Origin: Candidatus Eiseniibacteriota bacterium
GTDB taxonomy: Bacteria > Eisenbacteria > RBG-16-71-46 > SZUA-252
DNA: 64,000 bases
Assembly: GCA_043779525.1 (NCBI GenBank)
Contig: JAYWED010000031.1
Location: 4,240-68,239, forward strand
Direction: 5' to 3'
Shown here: piece after piece, positions 1 to 9,825 of the stretch
Position numbering within the stretch: the first letter of the stretch is position 1
How the letters are laid out: each line of letters opens with the position of its first letter
The notes under the pieces: generated by a model
Databases searched by the model: none
What the model was told of the DNA's origin: nothing
Seen by the model: only the letters and a program-made list of their open reading frames with translations
Made by a program: the position numbers and the translations under genes

Positions 1-651
1 GTGGTGGCCCCGCTGGACGCGATGCTCGCGGCTGCGGGCCATGTTGTCGCGGAGGTAATCGAAGCCGAACTCGTTGTTGGTGCCGTACGTGATATCGGCG
101 GCGTAGGCGCCGCGGCGCTCGGCGAAGTCCATCCCGTTCTGGATGCAGCCCACCGTGAGCCCGAGGTGGGTGTAGATCCTCCCCATCCACTCGCTGTCGC
201 GCCGGGCCAGGTAGTCGTTCACCGTGATCAGGTGGACGCCTTTTCCGGAGAGCGCGTTCAGGTAGATCGGCATCGTGGCCACGAGCGTCTTCCCTTCGCC
301 CGTCGCCATCTCGGCGATCTTCCCCTCGTGGAGCACCAGCGCCCCGAGGAGCTGCACGTCGAACGGGATCATGTCCCACGTGGTGGGGATGCCGCAGACG
401 TCCCAGGTCTGCCCGCTCAAGCGACGGCACGTTTCCTTGACGACAGCGAACGCCTCGGGGAGGAGATCGTCCTCGGTCTCCCCGGCCTCCAGGCGGGCGC
501 GGAAGTCGGCGGTCTTCTGGCGGAGCGCCTCCTCGGAAAGCTCGCGCAGCCGAGCGTACTGCTCGTTGATCTCCCCGACGAGCGGCCACATGCGCTTGAT
601 ATCGCGCTCATGCTTCGTCCCGAAGACGCGTGAGATCAGGTTGAGGACCAT
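1..651 (-). CDS. secA: Preprotein translocase ATPase SecA, N-terminal ~217 aa (gene continues beyond window start; absent from ORF track because no stop in window)
   Basis: Reverse-strand translation from ATG at 651: [81 protein letters not shown]...[53 protein letters not shown]...[17 protein letters not shown], a near-canonical SecA N-terminus including Walker A GEGKT. Confidence 0.85.
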   Translation of the reverse strand, partial: MVLNLISRVFGTKHERDIKRMWPLVGEINEQYARLRELSEEALRQKTADFRARLEAGETEDDLLPEAFAVVKETCRRLSGQTWDVCGIPTTWDMIPFDVQLLGALVLHEGKIAEMATGEGKTLVATMPIYLNALSGKGVHLITVNDYLARRDSEWMGRIYTHLGLTVGCIQNGMDFAERRGAYAADITYGTNNEFGFDYLRDNMARSREHRVQRGHH

Positions 652-940
652 GGCTCCTTGTCTGTTCCCGCCGTCTCAGCGGCGGTCTCGCGACCGTCCG
701 GGACGGGTCTTGGCCTACCCGGCAGCCGCATACAGTGAAACCCCAGGAGCGCGAAGCTGCCGGGGTTCATGACGTCGGAATAAAATCGCAACGCATTGGT
801 ATAACAGCTCTTAGGATCCTCCTGGCAAGGCTGGCCGCGTTCCGACCGAGACCGGAGTCTATGGATCGGATGCCGGCCCTGTCAAGGCAGATTCACCCAT
901 CTAGATAGTAGAAGAACTCCGGTGCGCGAAACCGGGTGGG

Positions 941-1522
941 TCAGCGGAGCAAAAGCTCCATCGCGAATCCTGCCGAGAGAGGAATCCGGAAGTTGTCGTC
1001 CAGAGGGATGGGTAGGAGCTCGAACACGGTCGCCGTCAGGGCCCCCACGACCCCCACGTAAATCGGGATCCCAGGCATGAGAAACGTCAGGCCGAGGCAC
1101 GTGAGGAAGCAGGCGAGGCTTCCCTCCACTGTCTTCCCTCCCAGCAACCGATGGGTGCCGACCGATTTCCCCACGATCGCCGCCACGGTGTCGCCCAGGA
1201 TCAGGAATCCGAGCGCGAGCACCGCGACCGGCTTGTCGAAGAGGTGAAGCGTCAGGAGCACCGCGATGAGGAGATACGTCGACCCCAGGAGCGAGGCCTC
1301 CTCGTGGTTCCGAAGCAGCTCCCCGAAGAAATGACGGAACACCCCTCGGATCCGGGGATTGTTCAGCCGGAATACTTCGATCGCGAGCGAGAGGATGACG
1401 AGGGCGAGGAGCGCGCGCTCCCAGGTCCGAGACCAGGACGGCGGGCTCAGGTAATAGGCGATGGGGATGGTGAGTGAAGCGAGATGGATGGCTTTGCGTT
1501 TCAGCTCCGCCGCTAGGAGCAC
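941..1522 (-). CDS. Integral membrane polyprenol/dolichol-kinase-like CTP-transferase family protein
   Basis: Multi-TM 193 aa; motif GDTVAAIVGKSVG resembles the GDxxAxxxG(K/R)xxG signature of Sec59/dolichol kinase / CdsA-type cytidylyltransferases. Confidence 0.45.
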   Translation of the reverse strand: MLLAAELKRKAIHLASLTIPIAYYLSPPSWSRTWERALLALVILSLAIEVFRLNNPRIRGVFRHFFGELLRNHEEASLLGSTYLLIAVLLTLHLFDKPVAVLALGFLILGDTVAAIVGKSVGTHRLLGGKTVEGSLACFLTCLGLTFLMPGIPIYVGVVGALTATVFELLPIPLDDNFRIPLSAGFAMELLLR

Positions 1523-1531
1523 GGCCGGCCC

Positions 1532-3820
1532 TCAGCGCGTCGGCGCTGCTTCATAGACCGCCTCGTAGCGCCGCATGGCGGCATAGGTCTGCTTCACGTA
1601 GCCTCGCGTCTCCCAGTAAGGAATCAGCTCCACCCACAAATCGTCGATCCGCGGGCGCGCCGCGTTCCAGCGCCTCACCGCTTCTTCCCCGCTGTTGTAC
1701 GCCGCGGCGACGGGGCGAAGGTCGCCGAACTCGCGGACGAGTTGGCGAAGATACATCGCGCCCAGTCGCACGTTCAAGTCAGGGTCCAGAAGGGCCTCCC
1801 CGGCGACCGCGTGTCCCGCGAGCCGCGAAGCCGTCGGCGTCATGAGCTGGAGGAGCCCCAGCGCCCCCGCGCGCGAGCGAGCGGCCGGATTGTACCCGCT
1901 TTCGAGACGCATGATGGACCAGATAAACGACGCGCTCAGACTCTCCGCGTCCGACCCCCGAAACACCGGGCCCGCGAAAGCGGGAGGAAACCGGAGCCTG
2001 AGATCGAGGTTCAGGTCCGAGCGTCCGACGCGGAAGACGCCCTCGTTCTCGAGCGCGTCGATGCACCCGTTCGCCCGGGGCTCGGTCTCCCCCATCGCGC
2101 AGGAGCGCATCGTCTCCAGGGCGAGATCGTGGAACCCGACCACGTCCAGGACCCGCGCCACGAGCGGCGGAGGGAGGACCGGCCTCGCGCCGTGTTTCGC
2201 CCTGGCTTCGGGCGTTCCCTGCGCCGCATCGACGGGAAGTCCCGACAGCTCGCGCGCGCGGACGCCCTCGTACGACCACGGGTCCAGCTCCCAGGCGCGC
2301 CGGTAGGACTCGCGCGCCTTCACCGAATCTCCGCGCGCCGACGCGATCCAGCCGCGCCAGAAGAAGACGCGCACGTCTTCGGGGCCAGGCCCGGCGAGGG
2401 CCGAGTCGGCGGCAGCGAGCGAATCCGCGCGGATCCAGGAGACGGCCTCGTGCACGCGCGCGGTCGAAGCCGAGGGCTCGGTGCGGATGCGCGCGCGCGC
2501 CCACCTCAAGATTAGCGCCGCATCGCGCGGCGCCTTCTGGTCCTCCCATTCGCGTGCCCGCTCCCACGCGGCGGCCTCCCGCGTTGCTCCCGCCGCGTCC
2601 GGGGCGGCCGCGAGCAGGAACGCGCTGTCGGAAGGGCCGAAAACCTTCTGGGCGCGGAGCGCGCGAGCGAGCCCGAGCGTCAGGTCCGCGCGCGAGGACG
2701 AGGAGCGGCGCGAATGTGCGAGAAGGCTCCTGTAGGCAGCCGCCGCCGCGTCGTAGCGATGCGCCTTGTAGAGCAGGGACGGCCTCAGGTCCGCGCGGTC
2801 CGCGACGGAGGCGGAATCGGGAGCCCCCTTGTGCCGCGCATCCATGAGGCGCAGCGAGAGCGGGCTCTCGCCGATATCGGCAAGCGCGCGGACAAAACTT
2901 ATCCACTCGCGCTCCGCGAGCGAGTCCGCGGCCGGACCCTGGAGCCATCCCGCGGCTTTCTTCCCGGCGGCGTAACGATCGGAAGTCGGAATATCGGCTC
3001 GCGAGGCGATCGCGACGAGAAGCCGAGCGGCGCCGGTCGTGTCGCCCGAGGCGGCGGTCAGGTCCGCGAGGAGAAGGGTCTCGGGAGTGGTGCGCGAAGC
3101 CGCCCTCGACAGGATCGATCGGGCCAGCAGAGGCTCCCCTCCTGCGGCCAGGGACCTCACGAGTGTGAGCCGGGCCCATGAGCGAGCCGTCTCGGGTCTT
3201 CGATCCTCGAGGAGGAGCCACCGGGCCGCGCGCGCCGAGCGAGAAATCCCCGCGGAGTCGGAGAGCGAGGCTGCGATGTAGAGTCCGGCCTCGTCCAGGG
3301 ACGCCCCGCCCTTCGCGGAGCGATCGGGACGCCAGGAGAGGGCCGCCAGCCCGGCGGCCGGCGATTCGACGTTCGCCGCGGCGAGCGCCTCGACGGGCGC
3401 GAGCGAAGCGGGAGAATGAAGGGGACCGCGGAGGAGCGACAGGGCTCTCGGCCACGCGCCCCGCTCCGCCAGATCCATGGCGACCTCGGTCCAGGCCGCG
3501 CGCTCGCGCGGCGGGACGACCGCCGGCAAGGGCGCTTGATCCAGCGCCCGGGAGTAGCGCTCCGAAGCGAGATCCAGGCGCGCCTGCGCGGCCTCGAGGC
3601 CGTGAAGCGATCCGCTCCACCGCTCGCGAAGCCAGGCCGTGCGCGAGGAATCGCGGCCGGCACGGGCTGCCAGGATCTCGCGGGCGCCTCGCGCGGCGCG
3701 AACCGCGGAAGACACCGGCGCGCCACGGACCGCGGCGGGCGGCGAAGCGGAATGGGCGGGCGCGGCATGGAACCACACGACGGCCGCTGCCCCCACCCAC
3801 ACGCCCCACCCCACCCTCAA
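1532..3820 (-). CDS. slt: Soluble lytic murein transglycosylase (Slt70-like: superhelical N-terminal domain + C-terminal SLT domain)
   Basis: C-terminus ...IWSIMRLESGYNPAARSRAGALGLLQLMTPTA...AAYNSGEEAVRRW... (SLT catalytic Glu in ES motif, AYN.G motif); Arg/Ala-rich helical repeat N-terminal region; signal-peptide-like N-terminus. Confidence 0.8.
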   Translation of the reverse strand: MRVGWGVWVGAAAVVWFHAAPAHSASPPAAVRGAPVSSAVRAARGAREILAARAGRDSSRTAWLRERWSGSLHGLEAAQARLDLASERYSRALDQAPLPAVVPPRERAAWTEVAMDLAERGAWPRALSLLRGPLHSPASLAPVEALAAANVESPAAGLAALSWRPDRSAKGGASLDEAGLYIAASLSDSAGISRSARAARWLLLEDRRPETARSWARLTLVRSLAAGGEPLLARSILSRAASRTTPETLLLADLTAASGDTTGAARLLVAIASRADIPTSDRYAAGKKAAGWLQGPAADSLAEREWISFVRALADIGESPLSLRLMDARHKGAPDSASVADRADLRPSLLYKAHRYDAAAAAYRSLLAHSRRSSSSRADLTLGLARALRAQKVFGPSDSAFLLAAAPDAAGATREAAAWERAREWEDQKAPRDAALILRWARARIRTEPSASTARVHEAVSWIRADSLAAADSALAGPGPEDVRVFFWRGWIASARGDSVKARESYRRAWELDPWSYEGVRARELSGLPVDAAQGTPEARAKHGARPVLPPPLVARVLDVVGFHDLALETMRSCAMGETEPRANGCIDALENEGVFRVGRSDLNLDLRLRFPPAFAGPVFRGSDAESLSASFIWSIMRLESGYNPAARSRAGALGLLQLMTPTASRLAGHAVAGEALLDPDLNVRLGAMYLRQLVREFGDLRPVAAAYNSGEEAVRRWNAARPRIDDLWVELIPYWETRGYVKQTYAAMRRYEAVYEAAPTR

Positions 3821-3825
3821 GGCGA

Positions 3826-6756
3826 TTACCGGAGCAGGACGAGCCGGAAGGTTTGCGCCTGGCCCAGGATGTCGACTCTCGCGAAGTAGACTCCCGAAGC
3901 GGCGAGCCCGCCCTTGTCGGTCTGAGCGTTCCAGCTGCCGCGGAACTCGCTCGGTGCGAGTCCGTCGGGCGCCGCTTCGATGGACTTCACGAGGCGACCG
4001 CGCAGATCGTAGATCTTGATCTTCGGAGCCAGCCCGGGATGCGGCAGACCGTCGGGAGCGCTGAACCGGAACGTGACGGCGGAGGTGGGGCCGCCCTTCA
4101 CGCGGAAGGGATTCGGTCCTCCCCGAAGCGAGAGCATCCGGCGCCCGGGACCCGGATCCACGCGAGGACCCACCGAAACCTGATCCACGTACCAGCCTTC
4201 ATAGAAGCGGGCAAGGAGACTCGAGTTGGAATCGAAGGGCTGGTTCTGCTCGTTGCTGGAGAACCGGAACCGGACCTGGACGGGACCGGAATACGCGGAG
4301 AGGTCCGCGACCACCCGCCTCCACGCCTGGGGCGATCCCGAGAAGACGTCTGCGCCCCGGAGCGTCGCTCCGGAATCGAACGTGATCTGATGGTCGTAGC
4401 CTCCGTCCACGCCGAGCGGTTTCCATGCCCCGCCGCGGACCGAGATCTCGACGCGGCCGCCGTCGAACGCCATGGTCCCGCCGTTCGTCTCCGCGTCCAT
4501 CCAGGAGGAGAACGCGAGTTGCGAGTTGGGCGTCAGGTAGAACATCGGGGAGACGAGCGCCGCGTCCTCGAGATTTGCGTAGGTCTTGGCGTCGTTGGAA
4601 ACGCCGCTGGCGGGATCCTGGATGCTTCCCACCTTCATGCTCTGGATCGAGCCGCCGTAAGCGCGCGTGGACGACAGGTGCCACTGGTTGATGGCGGTGG
4701 GGGCCACCGCTCCGGACGTCCAGCTCCCCGCTCCGGATTCGAAGCCCTCGGAGAGGCCCGCGCCCATGCCCACGGCGAGCGTGAAGGTCTGCGTTCCGGA
4801 GTAGGTCCCATCGTTCCAGCCCAGCGTGAAGGTCACGGCGTGCGGAAGGATCGGGTAGGTCCCCACGGTGATCACGAACGGCGTCGCGGCAGGAACCGAA
4901 CCGCCCGTCGCCACGGCGCCCGAGGCGGAGGCGCCGTTCACGATCGTGATCCCGGCGTCGGAGGTGCTGAGCGTCAGCGTGAGCCCCGCCGAGGCGGTGC
5001 CCGCGTTCGTGAGGGTCATGGCGAGCGAATCCGTCTCGGTGTTGTCCAGAATCCCGTTCCCGTTTCCCGCTCCCGAGTCCCGCACCGTGACGCCCGCCAC
5101 CTGGATGTCCGGGGTCAGCGAGACCGAGAGATCGAAGGAAGCGGTGGTCGCGTTGTCGTAGGCCCCGACGATGTTCGTCATGCGGATCCCCGTGTCCGCA
5201 CCCGAATAGTCGCGCGAGCTGGGGCTCGTGCTCTCCGTCCAGGTTCGCACTCCGAGACCGCCCGGAAAGGGATCGTTGGAATCGCCGTAGTTCGTTCCCG
5301 GCGCCTGCAGCTGGTTCAAGCCATCCGCCTGCACCACCGAGACGCGATAGTGCGGGGCGGGCGGAGCCGAGCAGGATGTGTTGTCGCAATCCCTGCAGTT
5401 ATCGATCAGGGTGTCGTCCACGTGGTAGATGAGGAGCCCCTGCCCGGGAAGATACTGGTCGGAGCCCTCGTTGACGCGGTTCTCCACGAGGAAATACTCG
5501 CTGCCGGGCTGACCGTTCTTCCAGACCTTTAGCACTCCTCCTCCCTGCGTGAGGGGCGGAAGCGTGTAATGGGCCGAGCCCGATACGACCGTCGGCTGCT
5601 CGAATCCGAGGAACGCCCGCGACCAGGGGTCGAGGTTGCCCGGCCGCGTTCCCTGCGCGCTTGCCGGGCTGGTCGGAAGGTAATTTCCGAGACTCATCAG
5701 GGAGAAGACGCCGAGTCCGTTTCCGACCCCGTTCCCGCACAGGCTGTATTCGTAGAGGTCCGCGAGCCCGAGCGTGTGGCCGAACTCGTGCAGGTAGGTG
5801 CCGTTCGCGTTGTCGAGGGGACCGTAGTTGTATTCGCCGTTCAGCGTGTAGAGAAAGCCGCGCACGTTCCCGAGCTGAATTCCGGGGAGACAATTGGGGC
5901 TGCTGGGAGGCGGGCAATCCTGATAGATGCCGATCCCCGACTCATGCGACCAGAGGAGATTGTCCGAGACCTGCGGAGGGGTGACCTCGGCGGGCTGCCC
6001 GGGATGGATCACGATCGTCGCGTCGATGTAGCCGTCGTCGTCACCGCTCGAGGGAATGCCGTCGGGTCCATCGTTGTCGAAGTAGGAGAGGTTCTGTCCG
6101 AACGAGCCGTACGCGGCCGCCATCGCGTCCTCGGCCAGCTTTTGCGAGGACCGCGGATACGAGCCGAAATTCAGCCCCGAGGTTCCGTTGGCGTAGTAGG
6201 CGTACGAGTGCGGCATGACGAGCCAGTCGGACGTCACGCGCCCCGAGACGACGAGGCGGCCATGCGAGTTCAGCCGGTAGTATTCGCGCAGGCTGATGAT
6301 CCCGTCGTTCGGGTCGTCGCTGAACAGGAGCTTGTTGTAGTAGCCCGGCGTGTCCCGGCTGTCGTGATGCACGGTGCCGCCGAAGGCGTCCGCGTCGAAA
6401 TCGCAGAGGACCACGAGGATGTTCCGGTGCGCCACGCCGCCGCGCGGGAACTTGGCCATGTCGAGCGCGAACTGCTTGTATATCTTGTCCACGCCCCAGG
6501 CCCGGCTCATCTGGTAACGCTGCGCGTGCTGCGCGAGAAGCGCTTCGTATGGGGTGCCGCGCACCGCCGCGACAACGCGGGGCGAGATCGCGGCCGCGCG
6601 GGCCTCGCGCGCCGGACCGGCGAGAAGGGCCGCCACCGCGAGCACGAGGGACAGGAGCGCTTTGAAGTGCGTTCGCTTCAAGAAAACCTCCCGGAAATGA
6701 GTTGGCGCAGGCTCACTCCCACTCGATTGTCGCGGGAGGTTTGGTGCTGATGTCAT
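3826..6756 (-). CDS. Secreted M6-family (immune inhibitor A-like) zinc metalloprotease with C-terminal FlgD-Ig/T9SS-type sorting domain; probable true start TTG at 6681 with GGGAGG SD
   Basis: HExxH zinc motif LHEFGHTLGLADLYE; signal peptide KALLSLVLAVAALLAGPAREARA; C-terminal ~90 aa NPF..KIKIYDLRGRLVKS...GVYFARV...FRLVLLR matches Por_Secre_tail/FlgD-Ig sorting domains; GGGAGG-N6-TTG upstream of the signal peptide. Confidence 0.75.
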   Translation of the reverse strand: MTSAPNLPRQSSGSEPAPTHFREVFLKRTHFKALLSLVLAVAALLAGPAREARAAAISPRVVAAVRGTPYEALLAQHAQRYQMSRAWGVDKIYKQFALDMAKFPRGGVAHRNILVVLCDFDADAFGGTVHHDSRDTPGYYNKLLFSDDPNDGIISLREYYRLNSHGRLVVSGRVTSDWLVMPHSYAYYANGTSGLNFGSYPRSSQKLAEDAMAAAYGSFGQNLSYFDNDGPDGIPSSGDDDGYIDATIVIHPGQPAEVTPPQVSDNLLWSHESGIGIYQDCPPPSSPNCLPGIQLGNVRGFLYTLNGEYNYGPLDNANGTYLHEFGHTLGLADLYEYSLCGNGVGNGLGVFSLMSLGNYLPTSPASAQGTRPGNLDPWSRAFLGFEQPTVVSGSAHYTLPPLTQGGGVLKVWKNGQPGSEYFLVENRVNEGSDQYLPGQGLLIYHVDDTLIDNCRDCDNTSCSAPPAPHYRVSVVQADGLNQLQAPGTNYGDSNDPFPGGLGVRTWTESTSPSSRDYSGADTGIRMTNIVGAYDNATTASFDLSVSLTPDIQVAGVTVRDSGAGNGNGILDNTETDSLAMTLTNAGTASAGLTLTLSTSDAGITIVNGASASGAVATGGSVPAATPFVITVGTYPILPHAVTFTLGWNDGTYSGTQTFTLAVGMGAGLSEGFESGAGSWTSGAVAPTAINQWHLSSTRAYGGSIQSMKVGSIQDPASGVSNDAKTYANLEDAALVSPMFYLTPNSQLAFSSWMDAETNGGTMAFDGGRVEISVRGGAWKPLGVDGGYDHQITFDSGATLRGADVFSGSPQAWRRVVADLSAYSGPVQVRFRFSSNEQNQPFDSNSSLLARFYEGWYVDQVSVGPRVDPGPGRRMLSLRGGPNPFRVKGGPTSAVTFRFSAPDGLPHPGLAPKIKIYDLRGRLVKSIEAAPDGLAPSEFRGSWNAQTDKGGLAASGVYFARVDILGQAQTFRLVLLR

Positions 6757-8263
6757 ACACGACGCGGCTGACCCCGACGACCTCGTTCACGATCCGAGAC
6801 GAAACCCGGGCCAGAAAGCTGTCCGGGAGCCGGGCCCAGTCCGCCGTCATCCCATCGCTCGAGGTGACCGCGCGCAGCGCGACGACCTGGTCGTACGTCC
6901 GGCCGTCTCCCATCACCCCCACGGTGCGAACGGGCAAAAGAACCGCAAAGGCTTGCCACACCTGATCATAGAGCCCCGCGCGGCGAAGCTCGGTGATGAA
7001 TATATCGTCCGCAAGCTGCAGCGTCTTCACCGCTTCCGGCGTCACGGGTCCCAGAATTCGGACCGCAAGCCCCGGTCCCGGAAAGGGATGCCGCTGGACG
7101 ATCGCGGGGGGAAGGCCCAGAAGCGCCCCTAGTTCCCTCACCTCGTCCTTGAATAACTCCCGGAGCGGCTCCACAAGTTCCATTTTCATGTGCTCCGGAA
7201 GCCCGCCCACGTTGTGGTGCGACTTGATCTTGGATGAGGGCCCGAGGGTGGAGGTGCTCTCGATCACGTCCGGATAGAGGGTGCCCTGGGCCAGGAGTTC
7301 GGCCCCTCCCCGCTCCTGAGCGGCCTGGTCGAAGACCTCGATGAACTGGGCGCCGATGATCTTCCGCTTCCGCTCCGGGTCCTCGACGTCCCGGAGCGCC
7401 TCGAAGAAACGCTCGCTCGCGTCCACGGTCACGAGGTCGTGCTCGAGGATCTGTCCCATGGAGCGGCCGACCTGGTCCGCCTCGCCCAGCCGCAGGAGGC
7501 CGTGGTCCACGAAGACCGCCATCATCTGCCCGGGGACGGCCCGGTGGAGGAGCGCCGCAACGACAGAGGAATCCACGCCGCCGCTCAGCGCGCAGAGCAC
7601 GCGGCGCTTGCCCACCTGTGCCCGGATCTTCGCGACCGATTCGTTCAGCACCTGCCCCATCGTCCAGTCGCCGCGAAATCCGCACACCTCGAAGAGGAAG
7701 TTCCTGAGAATGCGCGCGCCCTGGGTGGAGTGGGCCACCTCGGGATGGAACATGACCGCGTAAACGCCCCGGTCCGGATCCTCGACGGCGGCGACCGCCA
7801 CGGATTCGGTGCTCGCGAGCCGCGTGAATCCGCGAGGCATCGACTCCACCACGTCGCCGTGGCTCGCCCACACCCGGCTCGTGCGGTCCAGGCCCGCGAG
7901 GAGGCGGCCCTCCGTCTCGATCGCGAGCGTCGCCTCGCCGTACTCGCGGCGCGCGCTCGGGGTCACGCGGCCGCCGAGATCCCGCGCGAGCAGCTGGAAG
8001 CCGTAGCAGATGCCGAGCACCGGAATCCCGAGTGCCAGGACTCCCTCGTCCAATCCGGGAGCGCCCTCGTCCAGAACGCTCATCGGTCCTCCGGAGAGCA
8101 CGATCCCCTTCGGAGCGCGCCGCTTGATCTCCTCCCGCGTGAGGCGAGGGCTCACGATCTCGGCGTAGACGCCCAGCTCCCGCGCCCGACGCGCGATGAG
8201 CTGGGTGAACTGCGATCCGTAGTCGAGAATGAGAAGCAATTCGTGGCTCAATGGAGGAAGCAC
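6713..8263 (-). CDS. guaA: GMP synthase (glutamine-hydrolysing)
   Basis: N-terminal GATase (ILDYGSQFTQLIARRARELGVY...GICYGFQLL) plus ATP-PPase motif LSGGVDSSV and conserved C-terminus ...KPPATIEWE. Confidence 0.95.
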   Translation of the reverse strand: MLPPLSHELLLILDYGSQFTQLIARRARELGVYAEIVSPRLTREEIKRRAPKGIVLSGGPMSVLDEGAPGLDEGVLALGIPVLGICYGFQLLARDLGGRVTPSARREYGEATLAIETEGRLLAGLDRTSRVWASHGDVVESMPRGFTRLASTESVAVAAVEDPDRGVYAVMFHPEVAHSTQGARILRNFLFEVCGFRGDWTMGQVLNESVAKIRAQVGKRRVLCALSGGVDSSVVAALLHRAVPGQMMAVFVDHGLLRLGEADQVGRSMGQILEHDLVTVDASERFFEALRDVEDPERKRKIIGAQFIEVFDQAAQERGGAELLAQGTLYPDVIESTSTLGPSSKIKSHHNVGGLPEHMKMELVEPLRELFKDEVRELGALLGLPPAIVQRHPFPGPGLAVRILGPVTPEAVKTLQLADDIFITELRRAGLYDQVWQAFAVLLPVRTVGVMGDGRTYDQVVALRAVTSSDGMTADWARLPDSFLARVSSRIVNEVVGVSRVVYDISTKPPATIEWE

Positions 8264-9825
8264 CTCTCTCCGGTCAGAAGCATCGTGAGGCCGCGCGATT
8301 CCGCCGCCGCGATCGATTCCTCATCGCGCACGGAGCCCCCGGGCTGCGCGATGGCGGTGATGCCCGCCTTCGCGGCCATCTCGACCGAGTCCGGGAACGG
8401 GAAGAAGGCGTCGGAGCAGAGCACCGCCCCCTGCACGTCGTGCCCCGCCCGCTCCGCCTTGAGGAGCGCCAGCCGGACCGCGTCCACGCGCGAGGATTGT
8501 CCCGCTCCGATCCCGAGGGTGCGGCCGTCCCGCGCAATCACAATGGCGTTGGAGATGGTGTGGCGCGTCACACGCCAGGCGAATCTCAGATCGCGGGTCT
8601 CCGCCTCGCTCGGCTGCCTGGCCGTGACCGCCATCCAGCTCTGGAACTGAGGCGTCCCGGGGAGCGTCTCCGCGAGGAGCCCTCCGAGAAGGCTCCGCGT
8701 GGCCACCGGGTCCGAGGCCCCGCGGAGGAGGTCGGGCGCTTCGAGGACCATGAGATTCTTGCGCGTCTTCTCGAGCCGATCGGGCGACGCCGTGATCGAG
8801 GGCGCGATCACGACCTCGAGGAAGATGCTCCCGATCGCTTCGAGCGCCGCGTCGTCCAGAGGGCGGTTCACGCCGAGAATGCCTCCGAAGGCCGAGAGCG
8901 CGTCCGCGTCACGCGCGAGCGGAATCGCCGACGCGATCGTCGGAGCGACCGCCGCTCCCGCGGGATTCCGGTGCTTCATGACGACGGCGGCCGGCTCCTC
9001 GAATTCGCGCAGGAGCGCCAGGGCGGCCTCGATGTCGAGGTAGTTGTTGTACGAGAGTGTTTTCCCCTTGAGCTGTGCGAGCGACGCGATCCCGCCCCCT
9101 CCCCCGTCTTCCCGGCCGTAGACGGCGCCTTCCTGCCCCGGGTTCTCGCCGTAACGGAGTTTATGCAAGATTCGGTAGCGGGGTTCCAGCCGCTCGGGCA
9201 GCGCGCGGGAGCCAGGGATGGTCTCGGGGCAGCCGGCGGCGAGGTAGCGCGTGATGGCCGCGTCGTAGGCGGCGGTCCGCTCGAACGCGCGGCGCGCGAA
9301 TTTGCGGGCCAGCGATCCCGGAAAGGCGCCATTCCCGCGATCGAGCGCCTCGAGCACCTCCGCGTATTGAGCGGGCTCCACGACCGTGAGGACGTGCGCG
9401 TGGTTCTTGGCCGCGGCGCGGATCAGGGTCGGGCCTCCGATGTCGATCTGCTCCACCGCCTCGGGCTCGCTGACTCCGGGGCGCTCCACGGTCTTCTCGA
9501 AGGGATACAGGTTCACGACCACGATCTCGATCGAGACGATTCCGTGGTGATGGCGCTCCTCCTCGTCCACGGGGTTCCCGCGGCGATAGAGAATGCCGCC
9601 GTGCACGGCGGGATGGAGCGTCTTGACCCGGCCGCCGAATAGCTCCGGAAACCCTGTGATCTCGTTCACGTCGCGGACCGCGATGCCCGCGTCCCGCAGC
9701 GTGGCGGCGGTGCCGCCGGTGGAGATGATCTTCACCCCGTGGCGGGCGAGGCCGATCGCCAGCTCGACCAGGCCCGTCTTGTCCGAGACGGACAGGAGGG
9801 CGCGGCCGACCCGGATGTCGCTCAC
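8248..9825 (-). CDS. purH: Bifunctional AICAR formyltransferase / IMP cyclohydrolase
   Basis: MSDIRVGRALLSVSDKTGLVELA...GGTAATLRDAGI...VKTLHPAVHGGIL... full-length PurH similarity; stop overlaps guaA start. Confidence 0.95.
   Translation of the reverse strand: MSDIRVGRALLSVSDKTGLVELAIGLARHGVKIISTGGTAATLRDAGIAVRDVNEITGFPELFGGRVKTLHPAVHGGILYRRGNPVDEEERHHHGIVSIEIVVVNLYPFEKTVERPGVSEPEAVEQIDIGGPTLIRAAAKNHAHVLTVVEPAQYAEVLEALDRGNGAFPGSLARKFARRAFERTAAYDAAITRYLAAGCPETIPGSRALPERLEPRYRILHKLRYGENPGQEGAVYGREDGGGGGIASLAQLKGKTLSYNNYLDIEAALALLREFEEPAAVVMKHRNPAGAAVAPTIASAIPLARDADALSAFGGILGVNRPLDDAALEAIGSIFLEVVIAPSITASPDRLEKTRKNLMVLEAPDLLRGASDPVATRSLLGGLLAETLPGTPQFQSWMAVTARQPSEAETRDLRFAWRVTRHTISNAIVIARDGRTLGIGAGQSSRVDAVRLALLKAERAGHDVQGAVLCSDAFFPFPDSVEMAAKAGITAIAQPGGSVRDEESIAAAESRGLTMLLTGERCFLH

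Noticed and set aside
1779-3809. 676-aa minus-strand ORF in an alternative frame of the slt gene
   Set aside because: The overlapping frame 1532-3820 carries the SLT catalytic motifs. The alternative frame gives Arg/Gly/Pro junk.
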